Source of the DNA: Octopus sinensis
Taxonomy: Eukaryota
Assembly: GCF_006345805.1 (NCBI RefSeq)
Contig: NC_043011.1
Location: 18,426,464-18,490,463 of the forward strand
DNA: 64,000 bases
Direction: 5' to 3'
Part shown: positions 59,995 through 64,000 of the stretch, one piece after another
Layout of the letters: each line of letters starts with the position of its first letter
Numbering within the stretch: the first letter of the stretch is position 1
The notes under the pieces: generated by a model
Database searches by the model: none
Seen by the model: the letters and a program-made list of their open reading frames with translations, nothing else
What the model was told of the DNA's origin: nothing
Made by a program: the position numbers and the translations under genes

Positions 59995-60501
59995 GAGTGA
60001 GAGAATACTGCATGCCAAATAGTGACACTGGAGTAAACAAATACGAAGCGCAGTATACTCATCATGACTACCCGTCTGATAAATGTACACCAAGCACATA
60101 CTTCACGACCTTATGTAAGCGACATGGTGACCCCATATTATAATAAACAATGCATGACGTTGCAGGTGGGGCCCAGTTAGAATATCCATCAGGTCGAGTA
60201 GCCCACCCATTTTCAAAAAGTCCCTGAGTAAGGTTTGTTTAAGGATGATTAACGAAACACACATATTTTCCAAAGGTGAATTATCCAAAGAAATCCTTGC
60301 AACACTTGGCTATGATGCTTCACCACTATTTATGCTCGTGATCAGAGATGCACATATCATCAGCCACTAAGAGACATGTTCGACTGATTATGGTCTATCA
60401 ACTGACAAGCAAATTTGTGGTACTGATTAGAATATTTGCTGTAAACCATCTTTTATACCAAGACAAACAATCTACATGATAATGCTTCCAATCAGTTAAG
60501 A
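59995..60501 (-). mobile_element. Element X, copy 2 (more diverged)
   Basis: gagtgag...gcatgcca...gtgacactgg...gcaggtggggcccagtta...gctcgtgatcagagatgcacatat...cttccaatca.ttaaga. Confidence 0.75.
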
Positions 60502-60554
60502 TGAGAAGCCATGAGAGCCACTGCCTGGTACTGCACCAGGGAATATCATTATTG

Positions 60555-60902
60555 TTACCACCGCCTTAGCGAGGACGGAGGTATTGTCTGTTTTTTTCCG
60601 TGGACAAGATAACCCAAGAACTGCCGGATGGATTCGAATGAAACTTTCAGGGATCTTTGGCCAGGTGACTGTCACAAAATGAATCGATTTGGGGATCAAT
60701 CCTCTACGTGAAAAGGATTCTGGATTATATGTCCTGTTTTATTTAATTTATGGAGCCGTTGGGTTCATTGTTAGTATTGCCGTTTGTGAGAGCTGTCCCG
60801 TTTATTTCAGATATTCTCATTTTGAAAATCATATCTAGCTAATCATTGAGAGGACGTTGGTGTTGCTTTGCCGGAGATTTGCGCTCTCCGAGTGCTCTTT
60901 TT
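60555..60902 (-). mobile_element. HINE/DINE-1-like element, same family as 10306-10693
   Basis: Reverse complement starts aaaaagagcactcggagagcgcaaatctcc and ends with hairpin acctccgtcctcgctaaggcggtggtaa. Confidence 0.6.
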
Positions 60903-63900
60903 ATAATTATTATAATGTATTATATTACTATTGCCTTCAGCCTGGCAAGCCTCGCTTGACCTCGCTCCGTGGACTTTATAAGGGAAAAACACATAATAAT
61001 GTATTTGCACCCTTGAAATTGGGAACCATCGTGGACAACAGTTTAATTGCTGCTGAGTGGTGAGTTTATTTTCCTGCTTTGTTCCTCAGTTTTAGGGAAC
61101 ATAGTTGTTTCCGTTTTCCCCACCAAGATGGAGAAAACACAACAAAACATGGTGACACTTATATGTGAGAGAAGAGGAGAGAGTATAGAGCGTCACCAAA
61201 CGTCAATGAGAGAGAGTGCGAGTGTGGGAAAAGTTTAGTCAACGACGACGACGACAATGATGATGATGATAACGATAATAATAATAAAAATAATAATACT
61301 TGAAAACGGTAAAGCAACTACAACTCTGTGTGACAAGTTTGTCACTTATACTATATCGATCAAAAGCGTGTATTTGAATTAAAGGTGAGATGGACCAAGA
61401 AGTATATAAACATCCATATACAGCAAACATCTTGCGCTGCAATGCAAACGATTCTCTTGGCCGCCTGCCTTTATAATAATAATTATTTCACATTTATATT
61501 CAAATTTAAATTTCAGAAAAATACTCGTTAGTAGCTACTATCGGTGTGACTATTTGAATGAGACTTAGTGTATCGGCACAGAGACCTGATGTCAGCGGAT
61601 TGCGTAAATGTAAAAATATTATCTTATTGAATTTTTTCCTATGCTCAAGCTGTTCTGTCAACTCACCGCCTTCGCACTGCTAACATGATAATATTTATTA
61701 TTACGTGATGAGAAAAAAATTAATAGTATAATCTCGTTGATATAGTCAGTATACGCTATGCTGAAATACTCTGCTTCAATATAGCAGAAAAGAATTCCAC
61801 TAAGATTCATATATCTTATTAACGGCTAACCAAGCATACTTTTGGGTTTATTTTTTTACGATATCAATTTTGTTCATCTACGTTGACTTTACGTCATAGA
61901 TTAAACAAGATAATGTTAAAATCAACCATTTCCTATTCGAAGTTTAGATATTATCTGGAAATATCCGGACACAGTTTATTTTCATTGCAAATTACGTAAG
62001 AATTTTATATTAAATATTTTCTCAAACTTTCAGGTAACATTATTTAGTGTGTTTGGATGCATCTGCGTGTGTTTGAACACAAATATGGATACATTTTTGC
62101 GAGCGTCTGTGTAGGAATATGAATATATGTGTGTGTAGAAAATGGTAATGGACAAAAACACTGAAATGCAAATTAACTGTATATGATTATGAAAGCGAAA
62201 TAATACTGGTGCTCAATGGATCACTAGAACGCATGAAAAGATTGTGAAAATGTTTACCAAGACGCTATCAATATCTATGCCCTACATATGATCGCCATAC
62301 TTGACAATATTTCGTTCAACATATTCTTCATTCTTTAGATTTTGATTTCAATCCCGTTATTGTTTCACTTCTTCGGGTTTTAGAGGTGTTTCTTTGGAAA
62401 TATATTGCAGTGTCTATAAGTGCTTCTCCTTGGTAACCTTGTTATATTACAATGAGTGCTGTCATTTAAGTGACATTCAACTTAGAGCGCTTCAGGCTTA
62501 TCATCTGACCCTGGCGTTTGAAGATATCAAAGAAGTATAATTGTAACAACATAAGCCCGAATGATAACGGCAATTCGATTTTGACAATGTGAATTGGCTA
62601 ATTATATATGGATGTTTAATATATTGATTTTCTTTTTAGGACAGCATAGTGATCGGATTTCATTTTGCATTTGTCATCAAGGCTTTCTATGGAGAATTTT
62701 TCAAATATATTTGCTGCCACATATGCATCCGCTCGCTGTAGGATTTAAACTCCCTCTCCTTATCACATCCTACGTAAAAAAGGATGTGCTCGGCTTCCGT
62801 ACTCATTGGAATCATGAGAACGTATGTTTATTGTAACCCATCGTAAGAATACATCAAGTGAATTTTATGACGGCAGTGATGCACATTCTTTTTTTTGCTT
62901 TGAAGGAGATAACTCACATCAATTCGGTATTATATATTATGTCTCTGACAATACCAATTGCCTTATGCTTTCTTAATACTTCTGAGACCTGCATAATAAA
63001 GCACAATGATGTCTGGTTTTTAACCACAATTCCTTTCTATAAATATTTCCCCTCTCTGATTAACTAAGATAGTTCTTTAATTATCTGCCAGAGGTGCTTT
63101 TATGTATTCCTAGGATCAAACGGCAATATTCCTATGGACTTAGGGATGCACAGCTAATTTGCTCTCCGTCATCATTCATATGTGAGTAAAACGGATTTAA
63201 CCTGGCTCTTGTATAGTGTACATATACTGTTCATTATTCATTCAGCAATTTCTTCATACTGAAGGTTTCCCTTGTCGAGAAATCATATGCAAATAATTGC
63301 GCACCCTTATGTATATTAACGTGTGACGTAGTATGTGCAAGTATACAATATCTGCTTTGAAGTGTATTATCTCATATGCTGTCTTTGTAGCAGTAATATA
63401 TTGTTATTATTTTCTGTCCCTTTTGTGTTCGTATATTTCTTATTTATATTTTGCGGTTTGCCAGTTGTTTTGATTTACTTACTGTAATATTTCTCAGGCC
63501 TGAAGGTTAGAATACCAGCTCCGATTGTGACTTACATATTTACATGGTAAAATTAAGATGAATTGTTTCAAACATAAATTTGTTGCCTGAATCCAATAAA
63601 GGGAGAATTGTTTTTCCTTTCAGCTTTTTGTCTTCCAATAGTGATAGAGGAACATAAACTTAAAATACACTTAGGTGGTGTAAGATAGCCGTAACGTTCC
63701 TGCATACGCATTTCAAGATTTCTAAGACATGCTGTGACACTAAAACATGACAAGAGCTAAGAAAAATTTCAAATTCATGTACGATATGCTATTCTCATAA
63801 ATATATATATATATTAGCGGTCAAAGAACGTAAGTTAGGTATCAAAAATGAAATTGCATAAATGATGTATACTTATAGATATACTAATTATATCAGAGAA

Positions 63901-64000
63901 AACAACTTGCATAAGCGTTCGAGGGCAGCTGAGGTAGTATATAACGGGAAGTAGGAAGAAGAAAATAGTTGCAGTGACCGTCGAAGAAAGGTGTCTATTG

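Noticed and set aside
62640-62821. 182-nt exon candidate within ORF 62594..62836
   Set aside because: Splice sites are plausible, but the composition is random-like and I recognise no homology.

Overview
AT-rich, microsatellite-dense eukaryotic DNA, most likely from an octopus (inferred from the SINE families and the (TA)n/(TAGA)n/(AAT)n load; not database-confirmed). I recognise no host protein-coding gene, rRNA, true tRNA or CRISPR array. Most listed ORFs are simple-repeat artefacts or transposon remnants. The window holds: at least six fragments of R4/Dong-like non-LTR retrotransposons (RT, CCHC, restriction-like endonuclease), concentrated in a head-to-tail stack at 50.7-57.2 kb with most ends in (TAA)n tracts; L1/Tx1-like and RTE-like remnants; about eleven tRNA-derived SINE copies, several with clear target-site duplications; one full-length and two decayed mariners; a Tc1 remnant; Helitron- and Helentron-type non-autonomous elements; and a MITE with an 8-bp TSD. 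The most notable signal is non-coding: a structurally complete minimal type I hammerhead ribozyme at 28832-28874, plus several mutated hammerhead-like motifs from different repeat families (16.3, 18.3, 19.6 and 26.6 kb), all next to (TA)n tracts. This points to Penelope-related or retrozyme-like elements associated with (TA)n, alongside Dong-like LINEs associated with (TAA)n. A few isolated + strand exon candidates are noted at low confidence. Boundaries of decayed elements are approximate.
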